DNA of 32,000 bases from an uncultured Nitrososphaerota archaeon (GCA_964480775.1 CAYZRF010000004.1:30001-62000); one strand, 5' to 3'. Shown: positions 17,492 through 26,380, counted from the first letter of the stretch. The notes: a model not told the origin generated them from the sequence alone. Numbers and translations are program-made.

Positions 17492-18332
17492 CCTCTTTAG
17501 CTATTCTTGCGAATTCTGAAGGATGAGCCTTGTACACCCTTGTATCCTCGGAAATAACCCTTTTCACTAGCTGTTTTGCGATAATCCGTCTAATTCTGCA
17601 ACGGTTCACGAGGAAATCTTCCAATGCGTTGCTCAACTTTCTTTTTCTCCTTTCAAAGAAGGATGGAAGCATTTTATTCAGCAAATCCCAGGTTTCCAAC
17701 TCTAAGATCGGTTTTTTTACCTGTAATTTCACCAAAGCTGCGTCAACATCAGGTTTGGGAATAAATGAGCTCTTATGCACTCGCTTTACTAGCGTTGCAT
17801 CGAACTTTAGAGAAGTAAGTACGGTAAGACTTCCGTAAGAGCTTGAACCAGGCGTTGCTACGAGTCTCTCAGCAAATTCGTATTGGAAAGTTATGGAAGC
17901 AATCTTGAACTCACTATTAAGTAGTCCTAGTAGAATTTTAGAGGATATAGAGAAGGGAGGATTCGCCACCACTTTTGTGTATTCTTCTTTGAAAGGCAGC
18001 AACTCTAAAACATCTCTACAGATGACTTTAACCCTAGGTTCATCTGCAAACCTTCTCTTCAACAAGGAAGCAAGCTCAGGATCCTTTTCAACAGCGAAGA
18101 TTGCTCTTGGATCCCTAGAAAGGATCTCTTCGGTGAGAAAACCGAGACCTGCTCCTATCTCAAGCACCACATCCTCTTCCAAAATATTTGCAACTTCAAC
18201 TATGTGCCTTAGTTCCCTTCTGTTTATCATAAAGTGTTGATCGCGTTCTTTTAAGTTCTGAAGATTTCTTGTTCTCAGAAACTCAAGCGCTCTTCTTTTA
18301 AGATCGTTAGACGTAAAGTGCTCCCCTGTCAA
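17463..18332 (-). CDS. rsmA: 16S rRNA (adenine1518/1519-N6)-dimethyltransferase KsgA/Dim1
   Basis: A SAM motif (VLEIGAGLGFLTEEI) and the catalytic VVANPPFSISS are present. It has a TTG start. Confidence 0.9.
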   Translation of the reverse strand: MTGEHFTSNDLKRRALEFLRTRNLQNLKERDQHFMINRRELRHIVEVANILEEDVVLEIGAGLGFLTEEILSRDPRAIFAVEKDPELASLLKRRFADEPRVKVICRDVLELLPFKEEYTKVVANPPFSISSKILLGLLNSEFKIASITFQYEFAERLVATPGSSSYGSLTVLTSLKFDATLVKRVHKSSFIPKPDVDAALVKLQVKKPILELETWDLLNKMLPSFFERRKRKLSNALEDFLVNRCRIRRIIAKQLVKRVISEDTRVYKAHPSEFARIAKEVRDFLAKPS

Positions 18333-18375
18333 CCTTTAATTACCTTCCATTTAACTCTACATGGGTGATGAATAA

Positions 18376-19827
18376 ATGGTGATGGGCCTTCTAAAGAAAG
18401 TCGATGAAGTGCACTGGCTTCTTCCAAGGGACTACAAGAGAGGAATGCGCGTTCCTGGACTTATTATTGGAACTCAAAAGATCATTAGTGGAATAGAAAG
18501 AGGGGCAATTGATCAAGTTGCGAATGTTGCCATGCTGCCGGGGATATACAAGTATTCTTTAGCTATGCCAGACATCCACTGGGGCTATGGCTTTCCCATA
18601 GGTGGAGTAGCAGCCTTTGACGCTAACAGTGGCGTAATAAGCCCGGGTGGAGTCGGATTTGACATCAACTGTGGGGTAAGGCTGTTAAGAACTAATTTGG
18701 GCGTAAAAGACGTCAGACCTAGGTTAAGGGAGCTAATAAACACCTTGTTCCAGAAGGTTCCTTCAGGGCTTGGAAGCAGAGCTAAGGAACTAAGGCTAAG
18801 CACAGCTGAGCTGAATGATGTCATATCCATGGGAGCAAGGTGGGCTGTAGAGAGGGGGTACGGCTGGAAGGAGGATCTCGAACACACTGAGGAAGGAGGA
18901 GGAATGGAAGGAGCAGATCCCTCCATGATAAGTTCAAGGGCAAAGGAAAGGGGAAGACCACAGCTTGGAACCTTAGGGAGCGGAAACCACTTCCTGGAAA
19001 TCCAAATAGTGGACAAGATTTACAATCAAGAACTTGCTAAAGCTGCTGGTATAACCCACGAAGGCCAGATAACGGTCATGATCCACACCGGGAGCAGAGG
19101 CTTCGGCCATCAGGTGGCTGATGACTACCTGAAGTTGATGATGAGAAACATTAACAAGTTGGACTTTAGCTTGCCAGATAGGCAGCTTATTTGCGCTTAT
19201 GCCACCTCAAAGCTCGCAATGCAGTACTTTTCAGCTATGCAGGGTGCTGCAAACTACGCCTGGGCCAACAGGCAGATGATAACCCACTGGGTCAGAGAAT
19301 CGTTTGCCCAGGTCTTCGGAACATCTGCTGAAGAACTTGGAATGAAGTTGGTTTACGATGTTGCCCACAATATTGCAAAGAGGGAGAAGCATGTGATAGA
19401 TGGAAAAGAAGTAGAGGTTTTCGTGCACAGAAAAGGTGCAACTAGAGCATTTCCGCCAGGAAGTCCGTTCATACCAAAGGATTACGTGAAGACAGGTCAG
19501 CCAGTTCTCTTACCCGGATCTCAGGGTACGGCCTCTTACCTTATGTTCGGCACCAAGAAGGCAATGGAAGAATCATTTGGATCAGCCGCTCATGGCGCTG
19601 GAAGGGTATTAAGCAGACACGCGGCTGTAAGGAAGTGGAGAGGAAGTGAAATAGTTTCTAAGCTGGCTCAAAGAGGAATAATAGTTAAACCAGCCTCTCT
19701 GAAGGTAGCTGCTGAAGAAGCCCCTGGGGCATATAAGGATATAGATGAGGTAGCTATCTCTACCCACAAAGCTGGAATAGCCAGGCTGGCAGTGAGAATG
19801 GTTCCAATAGGCGTTGTTAAGGGGTAG
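18376..19827 (+). CDS. rtcB: RNA-splicing ligase RtcB (no intein)
   Basis: RtcB metal and GMP-histidine motifs are present (PDIHWGYGFPIGGV, GGVGFDINCGVRLL, GSGNHFLEIQ, HTGSRGFGHQ, AAHGAGR). The protein is 483 aa. Confidence 0.95.
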   Translation: MVMGLLKKVDEVHWLLPRDYKRGMRVPGLIIGTQKIISGIERGAIDQVANVAMLPGIYKYSLAMPDIHWGYGFPIGGVAAFDANSGVISPGGVGFDINCGVRLLRTNLGVKDVRPRLRELINTLFQKVPSGLGSRAKELRLSTAELNDVISMGARWAVERGYGWKEDLEHTEEGGGMEGADPSMISSRAKERGRPQLGTLGSGNHFLEIQIVDKIYNQELAKAAGITHEGQITVMIHTGSRGFGHQVADDYLKLMMRNINKLDFSLPDRQLICAYATSKLAMQYFSAMQGAANYAWANRQMITHWVRESFAQVFGTSAEELGMKLVYDVAHNIAKREKHVIDGKEVEVFVHRKGATRAFPPGSPFIPKDYVKTGQPVLLPGSQGTASYLMFGTKKAMEESFGSAAHGAGRVLSRHAAVRKWRGSEIVSKLAQRGIIVKPASLKVAAEEAPGAYKDIDEVAISTHKAGIARLAVRMVPIGVVKG

Positions 19828-19831
19828 TAGC

Positions 19832-20545
19832 ATGTCCACAGATGACGAAATCTCAGAAGGATCTTTCGTTTTGGTTGATTATAGTGTGGAGGACGCTGAG
19901 ACAGAGAGCCTTATAGATACGACCATGGAGGACGTAGCCAAAGAAAAGAAATTCGCTGGAAGAGACCAATTCTTTCCAATGCTCGTGATCATCGGAGAAA
20001 AGAGGCTGCTACCTTCTATAGAAGATGTTATATCCAAAATGAAGGAGGGAGAGACGAAGACAATTGTACTAAAGCCGGAAGAAGCTTACGGTCCGTATGA
20101 GGAATCCAAGATAGTAACCTTCTCATTAGAAAGAATAAGGAAAGCAGTTGAATCAAATGAAATAAAGCCAGGAGTTGTTATCAACATAGAGGATAAGCGA
20201 GGAGTTATAAGATCTATATCAGGAGGTAGAGTCAAGGTCGACTTCAACCACCCTCTAGCAGGAAAAACGCTTAAAGTCGTGGTCAAACTCTCAAAGCTAC
20301 TAAAAACAGAGGAAGACAAGATAAAGGCCCTCTCATCCGATGTATTTGATGTGGATCCTTCCAAATTTGAAGTTTCAATAAAAGGAGACACGGTAACGAT
20401 AGAATTACCGAAGTTAGCCTACTCAAAAAGGGACTCATTTCTAAGGAAGATAAGGCTTCTTTCAACAATAATGAAATACATGCCAGATATCAAGAAAGTC
20501 AGGTTCGTTGAGACCTTTGAGATACCCGAGGAAAAATCAGATTAG
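19832..20545 (+). CDS. FKBP-type peptidyl-prolyl isomerase, long SlyD-like archaeal form
   Basis: Motifs FVLVDYS..., EEAYGPYEE and VDFNHPLAGKTLKVVVKL are present, with an extra C-terminal domain. I chose ATG 19832 over the upstream TTG at 19814. Confidence 0.85.
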   Translation: MSTDDEISEGSFVLVDYSVEDAETESLIDTTMEDVAKEKKFAGRDQFFPMLVIIGEKRLLPSIEDVISKMKEGETKTIVLKPEEAYGPYEESKIVTFSLERIRKAVESNEIKPGVVINIEDKRGVIRSISGGRVKVDFNHPLAGKTLKVVVKLSKLLKTEEDKIKALSSDVFDVDPSKFEVSIKGDTVTIELPKLAYSKRDSFLRKIRLLSTIMKYMPDIKKVRFVETFEIPEEKSD

Positions 20546-20980
20546 GAGGTTTATTAAGCATTTAGCCAGATCAAGGCCAAGTTTACAGGGATTTTCTAGC
20601 TTACTTACCTTTACAATTTTTATCTCATCCCCAGCCTTAAGTCCTATTGGATTGCACATATCGAAGTTAGGACAGGTTAGTTCATAACATCTGGGGCCTG
20701 AGTACCTCATTGTCACGCCATCTATGGCGTCGTTCTTTGGAATAGTCAAAAAGAACTCTATGACTGGGCTTACCTTACAAACCCTCATTTCTCCATAAAC
20801 AGGACAACGAAAGGACTTTTTTCTTACTTCATCTACTTTATAGCTCCTTTCCACCTCTAAATTTTCAATACAGACCTTTCTAAGTCTGCAATCTTTACAG
20901 TGGTCTGTCTCATCTACAAGGACAAATCTGAAACCTTTCTTAGCCATATTTTGAGGGAGAAGGGCTATTATGCCGGTCAT
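20537..20980 (-). CDS. UPF0179-family Cys-rich protein (COG1860)
   Basis: The 147-aa protein has the conserved cysteine pattern (C.DC.L...C, C.V, C....C......C, C) and the N-terminus L.....AKKGFRFV that I recall for UPF0179. Confidence 0.7.
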   Translation of the reverse strand: MTGIIALLPQNMAKKGFRFVLVDETDHCKDCRLRKVCIENLEVERSYKVDEVRKKSFRCPVYGEMRVCKVSPVIEFFLTIPKNDAIDGVTMRYSGPRCYELTCPNFDMCNPIGLKAGDEIKIVKVSKLENPCKLGLDLAKCLINLLI

Positions 20981-21123
20981 ATAGGTCTCCTCCTTAACTT
21001 AGGATTATAAACCAACTTTCGCTTTTGAACCTCATGCTTTTAAGTAACATCAATAAGCATTCTTATCAGAAGGTCTGGGCATCAAGCCCAAGGAGCTTTT
21101 TCTAACAACATCTGGGTGGTTGA

Positions 21124-21810
21124 ATGTCACACATTCCTAGAAGATTGCTTCCATCAAAGGGAGACCTAAGTCAGGAGGGACTCGAGGTTCTGAAGGGAAC
21201 AACAACGATAGGGATAAAGTGCTCTGATGGAATCGTCATAGCATCAGATAGAAGAGCGTCCATGGCAACGTTCATAGCCAGCAAGAGGGCCCACAAGACC
21301 ATTAAGATATCAGATAGAGTTGTGGCAACGATATCTGGATCAGTAGCTGACGGCCAGTTCCTTACTAATAATTTGAAAGCAGTAGCTAAGTTATATGAGC
21401 TAGAATTTAGCAAAGGTATGTCTGTTAGGGCCTTGGCGAGGAGGTTGGCACTCATCTTATGGTCCTACAGGCCGATGGTATTAATTGCTCACATAATGGT
21501 TGGAGGAGTTGACGAGAGCGGTTCTCACCTATTCAACGTCGATCCCTTAGGAAGCCTCTCGGAGGAAGATTTCATAGCGACGGGTTCTGGCTCTCCAGTA
21601 GCAATATCTGTTATAGAGGAGGAGTACGATCCGAAGATGACTGTAGAAGAGGGTAAGAGGCTAGTAATTAGCGCCATGCTCTCTGCCTTGGAGAGGGATA
21701 TGGCTACGGGCAACGGAATAGATGTTACTGTTGTTGATGGAAGAGGGGTTCATGTCTTGAGCGAAGAAGAAGTTCAGTCTCTAATCGAGAAGGTGAAACT
21801 TAGAAGATGA
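21124..21810 (+). CDS. psmB: proteasome subunit beta (with propeptide)
   Basis: LKGTTTIGIKCSDGIVIASDRR contains the Thr1 maturation site. Confidence 0.95.
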   Translation: MSHIPRRLLPSKGDLSQEGLEVLKGTTTIGIKCSDGIVIASDRRASMATFIASKRAHKTIKISDRVVATISGSVADGQFLTNNLKAVAKLYELEFSKGMSVRALARRLALILWSYRPMVLIAHIMVGGVDESGSHLFNVDPLGSLSEEDFIATGSGSPVAISVIEEEYDPKMTVEEGKRLVISAMLSALERDMATGNGIDVTVVDGRGVHVLSEEEVQSLIEKVKLRR

Positions 21811-23723
21811 TCAAGGAGGTAATACAAAAAAACTCTCAAAGCATTGAGAAAAAAGTTAAATCTCTTCTCTCTGGAATAGGAGAGGTATCAAAGGTAGTTC
21901 TAGAAGGACCCTATGTCGTAGTTTACACCAAAAATCCAGGAGCCTTCATAAGAAGGAACGAGGTAGTCGTAGAACTAGCTAAAACCATTAGAAAGAAGAT
22001 CATAATACACGCGAAGAAGCCGCTTCTTGAGGAAGAGGAAGCAAGAAAGAAAATAATGGAAATTATCCCATCAAACGCCGAGATCTCAAATATGATCTTC
22101 AAAAAGGAGACAGGAGAAGTATACATAATAGCAAAGAGAACTGGTTATGTGGTCGGGAAGAAAGGAGCAAACATAAACAAGATCCTCGAAATAACTGGTT
22201 GGAGACCCGTCATAATCAGGGCTCCTTCCTTAAGATCCACCTTTTTTGAAACTCTACAAGGCATATTGATAGATCAGGCTTCAACCAGGAGCAAGAAGTT
22301 CCGGCGTGCTGCAGCAAGAATCTACCGCCCATCCTTGCAAATCAGCGAGGAGATAACCGCCACCTTTCTAGGGGGAGCGAGAGAGGTAGGCCGTAGCAGC
22401 ATACTGATAAGAACGGGAAAAAGTTCAATTCTATTGGACGCAGGCATAGCTGTTGGTGGAGGGGACTTTTTCCCGCGCTTTGACTCCCCCGACTTCAGGC
22501 TTGCGGAAATAGATGGAATCGTAATAACGCACGCCCACCTTGATCACTCTGGTTCCGTTCCATTGCTGCTAAAGCACGGGTACGAAGGTTTGATCTACGC
22601 AACATCTCCTACGAGGGATCTAACTGCTCTTCTGCTTCACGATTATATCAACGTGGCGATGAGAAACGGCGTAATCCCCTTCTTCAGCAAGGCCGACGTA
22701 ACCAACTTCCTCACTCAGGTGTTTCCCCTTGAGTACGGAGAAACCGTCGACATCTCCCCCGACGTAAAGCTCACGTTGTACAATGCTGGCCACATTCTCG
22801 GCTCTGCCATGGCTTATCTTAACATAGATGAGAACAAACATACCATACTTTACACAGGGGACTTCAGATACAGGGAAAGCAGGTTGTTGGATGCAGCAGA
22901 GGACTCCATCCCTAGGGTGGATACGATAATAATGGAAACAACGTATGGTGGAGAGCAAGACGTGTTTCCTCCATTAGAAGAAGCGGAAGAAAGGTTAATC
23001 TCCATAATTGTGAATACTCTAAAAGAAGGAGGGAAGGTGCTGATCCCAGCACTCTCGGTTGGTAGATCAACTGAGGTTATGCTCGCCTTAATAGATGCTT
23101 TAGATAAGAAGAAGATCCCTGACGTACCCATCTTTATAGATGGGATGATTTCAGACTCAAACGCAATACACACAGCATATCCTGTTTACCTATCTAAGGA
23201 GATAAGGGATAAGATATTTGAGGAGGACGTTAATCCGTTCTTGGAGCCCCACATAACCCCGGTTAAAGGACCTTCGGATCGTGAGGAAATAGTATCGGGG
23301 GGACCTTCGATAATAATAGCTCCATCTGGGATGTTAGTAGGTGGACCCAGCCTCGAATACTTCTCAGCCCTGGCTCCAGATGATAAGAACTCAATACTCC
23401 TGGTCAGTTATCAAGCCAGAGGAACTTTAGGCAGACGCCTGATAGAAGGAGCTAAACAGGTACAAGTTCCGTCCCCCTCTGGTCAAAAGGAAGTGGAAGT
23501 TAAAGCATCAGTTCACCTGATAGAGGGCTTTTCAGCCCACGCTGATAAGGTTCAGCTACTTAGTTTCCTCGCTAGGCTTGAGCCTAAACCTAAAAGAGTG
23601 ATTTTAGTTCACAGTGAAGAAAAGAAACTGTTTACCTTCTCCTCTCTGGTTATTAATACCTTGAGATCTGCCCACACGCGCGTTATAGTTCCTGATGTTT
23701 TGGAAAGGTTCAAGCTAGCATAG
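21807..23723 (+). CDS. aCPSF1-type ribonuclease (N-terminal KH domains + metallo-beta-lactamase/beta-CASP)
   Basis: The 638-aa protein has a KH GxxG-like motif (VVGKKGANINKI), the MBL motif ITHAHLDHSG and beta-CASP/RMMBL C-terminal motifs. An ATGA overlap links it to psmB. Confidence 0.9.
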   Translation: MIKEVIQKNSQSIEKKVKSLLSGIGEVSKVVLEGPYVVVYTKNPGAFIRRNEVVVELAKTIRKKIIIHAKKPLLEEEEARKKIMEIIPSNAEISNMIFKKETGEVYIIAKRTGYVVGKKGANINKILEITGWRPVIIRAPSLRSTFFETLQGILIDQASTRSKKFRRAAARIYRPSLQISEEITATFLGGAREVGRSSILIRTGKSSILLDAGIAVGGGDFFPRFDSPDFRLAEIDGIVITHAHLDHSGSVPLLLKHGYEGLIYATSPTRDLTALLLHDYINVAMRNGVIPFFSKADVTNFLTQVFPLEYGETVDISPDVKLTLYNAGHILGSAMAYLNIDENKHTILYTGDFRYRESRLLDAAEDSIPRVDTIIMETTYGGEQDVFPPLEEAEERLISIIVNTLKEGGKVLIPALSVGRSTEVMLALIDALDKKKIPDVPIFIDGMISDSNAIHTAYPVYLSKEIRDKIFEEDVNPFLEPHITPVKGPSDREEIVSGGPSIIIAPSGMLVGGPSLEYFSALAPDDKNSILLVSYQARGTLGRRLIEGAKQVQVPSPSGQKEVEVKASVHLIEGFSAHADKVQLLSFLARLEPKPKRVILVHSEEKKLFTFSSLVINTLRSAHTRVIVPDVLERFKLA

Positions 23724-23730
23724 TTTTAGA

Positions 23731-24105
23731 TTAAACTCCTTTCTTGCTACGAGGGGATCTCCACACCTCTATGAACCTTGGTACCACCAGGATTGGTGGG
23801 AACTCGCTTGTTTCTATAAGAACGGTTTCCCCACCCTCTTCCATAACGCTTTCCTTTAACCTCCGGATCATCTCCGCAAGCCTTTCGGCCTCTCTGGAGG
23901 CGTAGTCGTTGTACCTAACAATTAAGATATTTCCGTCTCTAACTTCCTTCAATATTGTTTCCAGATCTCCCTCATTTGAAAGCATCATCGGCTTAATCGC
24001 TATTGGTTTCTCAGGGAGCACTGGCTCTATCTCCGAAGTAATCGGAAGCTCCTCATCCTCCTCTTTTCGCTTTTTTGGCTTAAAAATGCCACTTAGAAAT
24101 CCCAA
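23731..24105 (-). CDS. sepF: SepF-like (DUF552) cell-division protein
   Basis: The 124-aa protein has a charged disordered N-terminus. Its core (KPMMLSNEGDLETILKEVRDGNILIVRYND...EEGGETVLIE...ILVVPRFIEV) matches the SepF pattern as I recall it. Confidence 0.55.
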   Translation of the reverse strand: MGFLSGIFKPKKRKEEDEELPITSEIEPVLPEKPIAIKPMMLSNEGDLETILKEVRDGNILIVRYNDYASREAERLAEMIRRLKESVMEEGGETVLIETSEFPPILVVPRFIEVWRSPRSKKGV

Positions 24106-24234
24106 TTGAGATCCCTCCTAAAACTACCACATGACATGTCTTCCGCGTGATATTTAAAACATCGCTGTCAAAAGCTTAACCTTAAAAAACCCAAATCTCT
24201 TTATCAGTACTACATAAGTACGAGGCGGTTACCT

Positions 24235-24486
24235 TTGAGCAACGCAACACTCGAATACTTGAGTAAAAGTATGAACAGCAATGTCCTAGTTTCAGTTAAA
24301 GCAAACTACTGGTTGAGGGGTATTTTGAGGTCATTTGACCAGCATCTCAACCTTGTGATGGATAATGTTGAGGCTATATTCACCTCTGAAGAGGACTCTG
24401 AAAACCAGATTTTAAAAATAGGTAAGAGGGTCCTCATAAGAGGAGACAATATAGTAGCCATATCCTCCCCAAACCTGCTAAGGTGA
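24235..24486 (+). CDS. Sm-like archaeal protein (LSm)
   Basis: Sm1 (VLVSVKANYWLRGILRSFDQHLNLVMDNVEA) and Sm2 (VLIRGDNIVAI) motifs are present. The Sm-L37e pairing is conserved. The start is TTG 24235 or ATG 24271. Confidence 0.85.
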   Translation: MSNATLEYLSKSMNSNVLVSVKANYWLRGILRSFDQHLNLVMDNVEAIFTSEEDSENQILKIGKRVLIRGDNIVAISSPNLLR

Positions 24487-24492
24487 AGCTAA

Positions 24493-24687
24493 ATGACTAA
24501 AGGAACGCCGTCGATGGGTAAGAGGAGCAGAGGAAAGACGCACATTAGGTGCAGGAGATGTGGAAGGCACTCATATAACGTTAGGAAGAAATATTGTGCT
24601 GCATGCGGTTTCGGTAGGAGCAAGAGGATGAGAGAGTACACGTGGGAAAAGAAGAGGGTTATAGCAGGCGTAAAGAGAGCCGTATAA
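24493..24687 (+). CDS. rpl37e: 50S ribosomal protein L37e
   Basis: [38 protein letters not shown] is the eL37 zinc-finger signature. Confidence 0.9.
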   Translation: MTKGTPSMGKRSRGKTHIRCRRCGRHSYNVRKKYCAACGFGRSKRMREYTWEKKRVIAGVKRAV

Positions 24688-24693
24688 AAAAGT

Positions 24694-24706
24694 CATTTTT
24701 ATAAGC
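24694..24706 (+). promoter_or_regulatory. TATA-like box upstream of tRNA-Ala
   Basis: CATTTTTATAAGC is centred about 30 nt upstream of the tRNA 5' end. Confidence 0.5.
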
Positions 24707-24729
24707 TGCTTGCAATATAATACGGCATT

Positions 24730-24841
24730 GGGCCGGTGGCGCAGCTGGTAGCGTGCCCGCTTGGCACGGTTTTGGGCCCTCTAAGTGGCCCTTTAAGCCC
24801 CAAACTGCGGGAGGTCGCGGGTTCGAATCCCGCCCGGTCCA
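24730..24841 (+). tRNA. tRNA-Ala (anticodon GGC) with ~39-nt intron at the canonical 37/38 position
   Basis: The acceptor GGGCCGG/CCGGTCC gives the G3:U70 alanine identity pair. The anticodon stem is CCCGC/GCGGG and the loop starts TTGGCA. It is followed by about 39 nt (about 24767-24805) that fold on themselves. Confidence 0.85.
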
Positions 24842-25036
24842 CTCCTTTTTAATTAGCGTTTCTCACGTAATAGAATTATTTTTTGCCTTAGATAAACGCT
24901 AATTGGGGTAAAGTAGCCTTTATTTCAGCCACAAGATCATTACTAGTTCGCTGATTGCATACCTTTCAGCGACTCATATACCTCCTTTACGTGACCAGTG
25001 ACCCTTACATTTCGCCAGATCTTCCTTATACGACCC

Positions 25037-25915
25037 TCAGGCATGATCAGCCTCGTCTTTAGTAATGATGTGCCTATCCTGTTTAACATCATGGGCTGCT
25101 ACTATCCGATCGAAGTTGTGAACTTCCATTATTTTCCCTAAAATTCTCTTGGATGTCTTGTCTCTGAAATTGCTCTCAAATAATTTGATCAGCGTCCCCA
25201 GTGTGTCCTTTTCGCTGAACTGAATGTTCTTCTTCAAAAAATCCTTCAATACGTACTCCACGGCTCTTGCTAACATAACTACCGTTGCATCATAACTCCT
25301 TATTGCGTAACACTTTCTAGCTTCTCTTAGATAATGTCTTATTCTCTTGTTTTCTATCTTTAAGACCTCCAGCAAATCCAAGAGATTTCCTTCCTCGTCA
25401 GTAAATTCTAAGATTTTATCGAATCCTTCTTTGACACCTTTTATTATGCCCCTAACTACGAAGTAAGCTCTCTTTTGCTTGGACGTTATAATCTTTTCAA
25501 ATTCAGCTGAAAGTTTTTCATCTAGAAAGTCTTCCATTTGTTCTAACATATTGTCTAACATTTCCAGTCCTTCTTCGTCTGAACACAAGCCTCGGGAAAG
25601 AAAATCTGCAACAACACCGCAAAATTCTTCCAAAAATTTATTTCTACTTTTTACGAACTTGTTATAGAAGTAATCTTGAATCTTTTCTCTAATATTTTTG
25701 CCTGAGGCATCTAGAATCCCTAATAGGAACTCCTTTCTAAACTTATCCCTTCTTTATATGCAATTTATCATCGCAGGTTTTGTATTTCCTTTACACTCTA
25801 ATTCGTATAGCTCAACAAGATCTTTTAGTTGTCTTAAAGTAAATTTATCCAAGATTTCTTCCTTAGATAGAGATCTGCTGTGCTTATTTTTTATTGAGGA
25901 ATTTTCATTCATCAT
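25037..25915 (-). pseudogene. HeH/SAP-like N-terminus + DUF4145/HEPN-like C-terminus reading frame interrupted by one in-frame TAA (25754-25756)
   Basis: Codon-by-codon hand translation gives ATG 25915 followed by 53 sense codons and then TAA. A further 40 coding-like sense codons run in the same frame into the 198-codon track ORF (25037-25633, TTG start). Confidence 0.55.
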
Positions 25916-26380
25916 TTCCCAACTCTTAAACAAATACGGCTATTTCACTTATCCTCCTTTTTCTCTTAAAAGATCCTTCCGATCTTTACTCTCAAACATT
26001 CTTAATGAAAACTATTGTTTGCGTAACCTACACTTTTTCTTTAACCTTGTAAATCACGACTAAGAAGCTTCACGATTCGATGATCGTATTTGAGGGATCA
26101 GCGGCGCTCCTTTTGGACTGATATCAATGAGGATAAAACGAAGATCGAGTCCTCAATCAAGGCAAATCCGCCTTATAACTATCGATACGCTTCCATCATG
26201 ATTTTTTACACCGCCTTTCCAAGGAGCTCATAATTCTCTGAAAAAGATGAGGAAGATCTTTCTGATATGGCATTCAATTCATGGTCTGTGATGATTGAGG
26301 GGCAGAGAAGACCAACTCTTTTCAATCTCTTATCCCTCCTTCCTATTCTGATATCATTTCTCCTTTTCCGTATCAACGTA

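Noticed and set aside
25698-26063. A 121-aa plus-strand ORF in the low-GC stretch.
   Set aside because: - Its Phe/Leu/Ser/Asn-rich sequence is typical of random AT-rich DNA.
- Its first third is antisense to the much more protein-like HeH-encoding frame.
26288-26351. A possible C/D-box sRNA, with GTGATGA at 26288-26294 and CTGA at 26348-26351.
   Set aside because: - There are no convincing internal D' or C' boxes at the expected spacing of about 12 nt.
- There is no terminal stem flanking the boxes.
- The two short motifs are expected by chance in 500 bp.
26260-26354. A 9-bp direct repeat TTCTGATAT at 26260-26268 and 26346-26354.
   Set aside because: The expected number of chance 9-mer repeats within a 500-bp AT-rich region is of order 0.5, so this is not significant.
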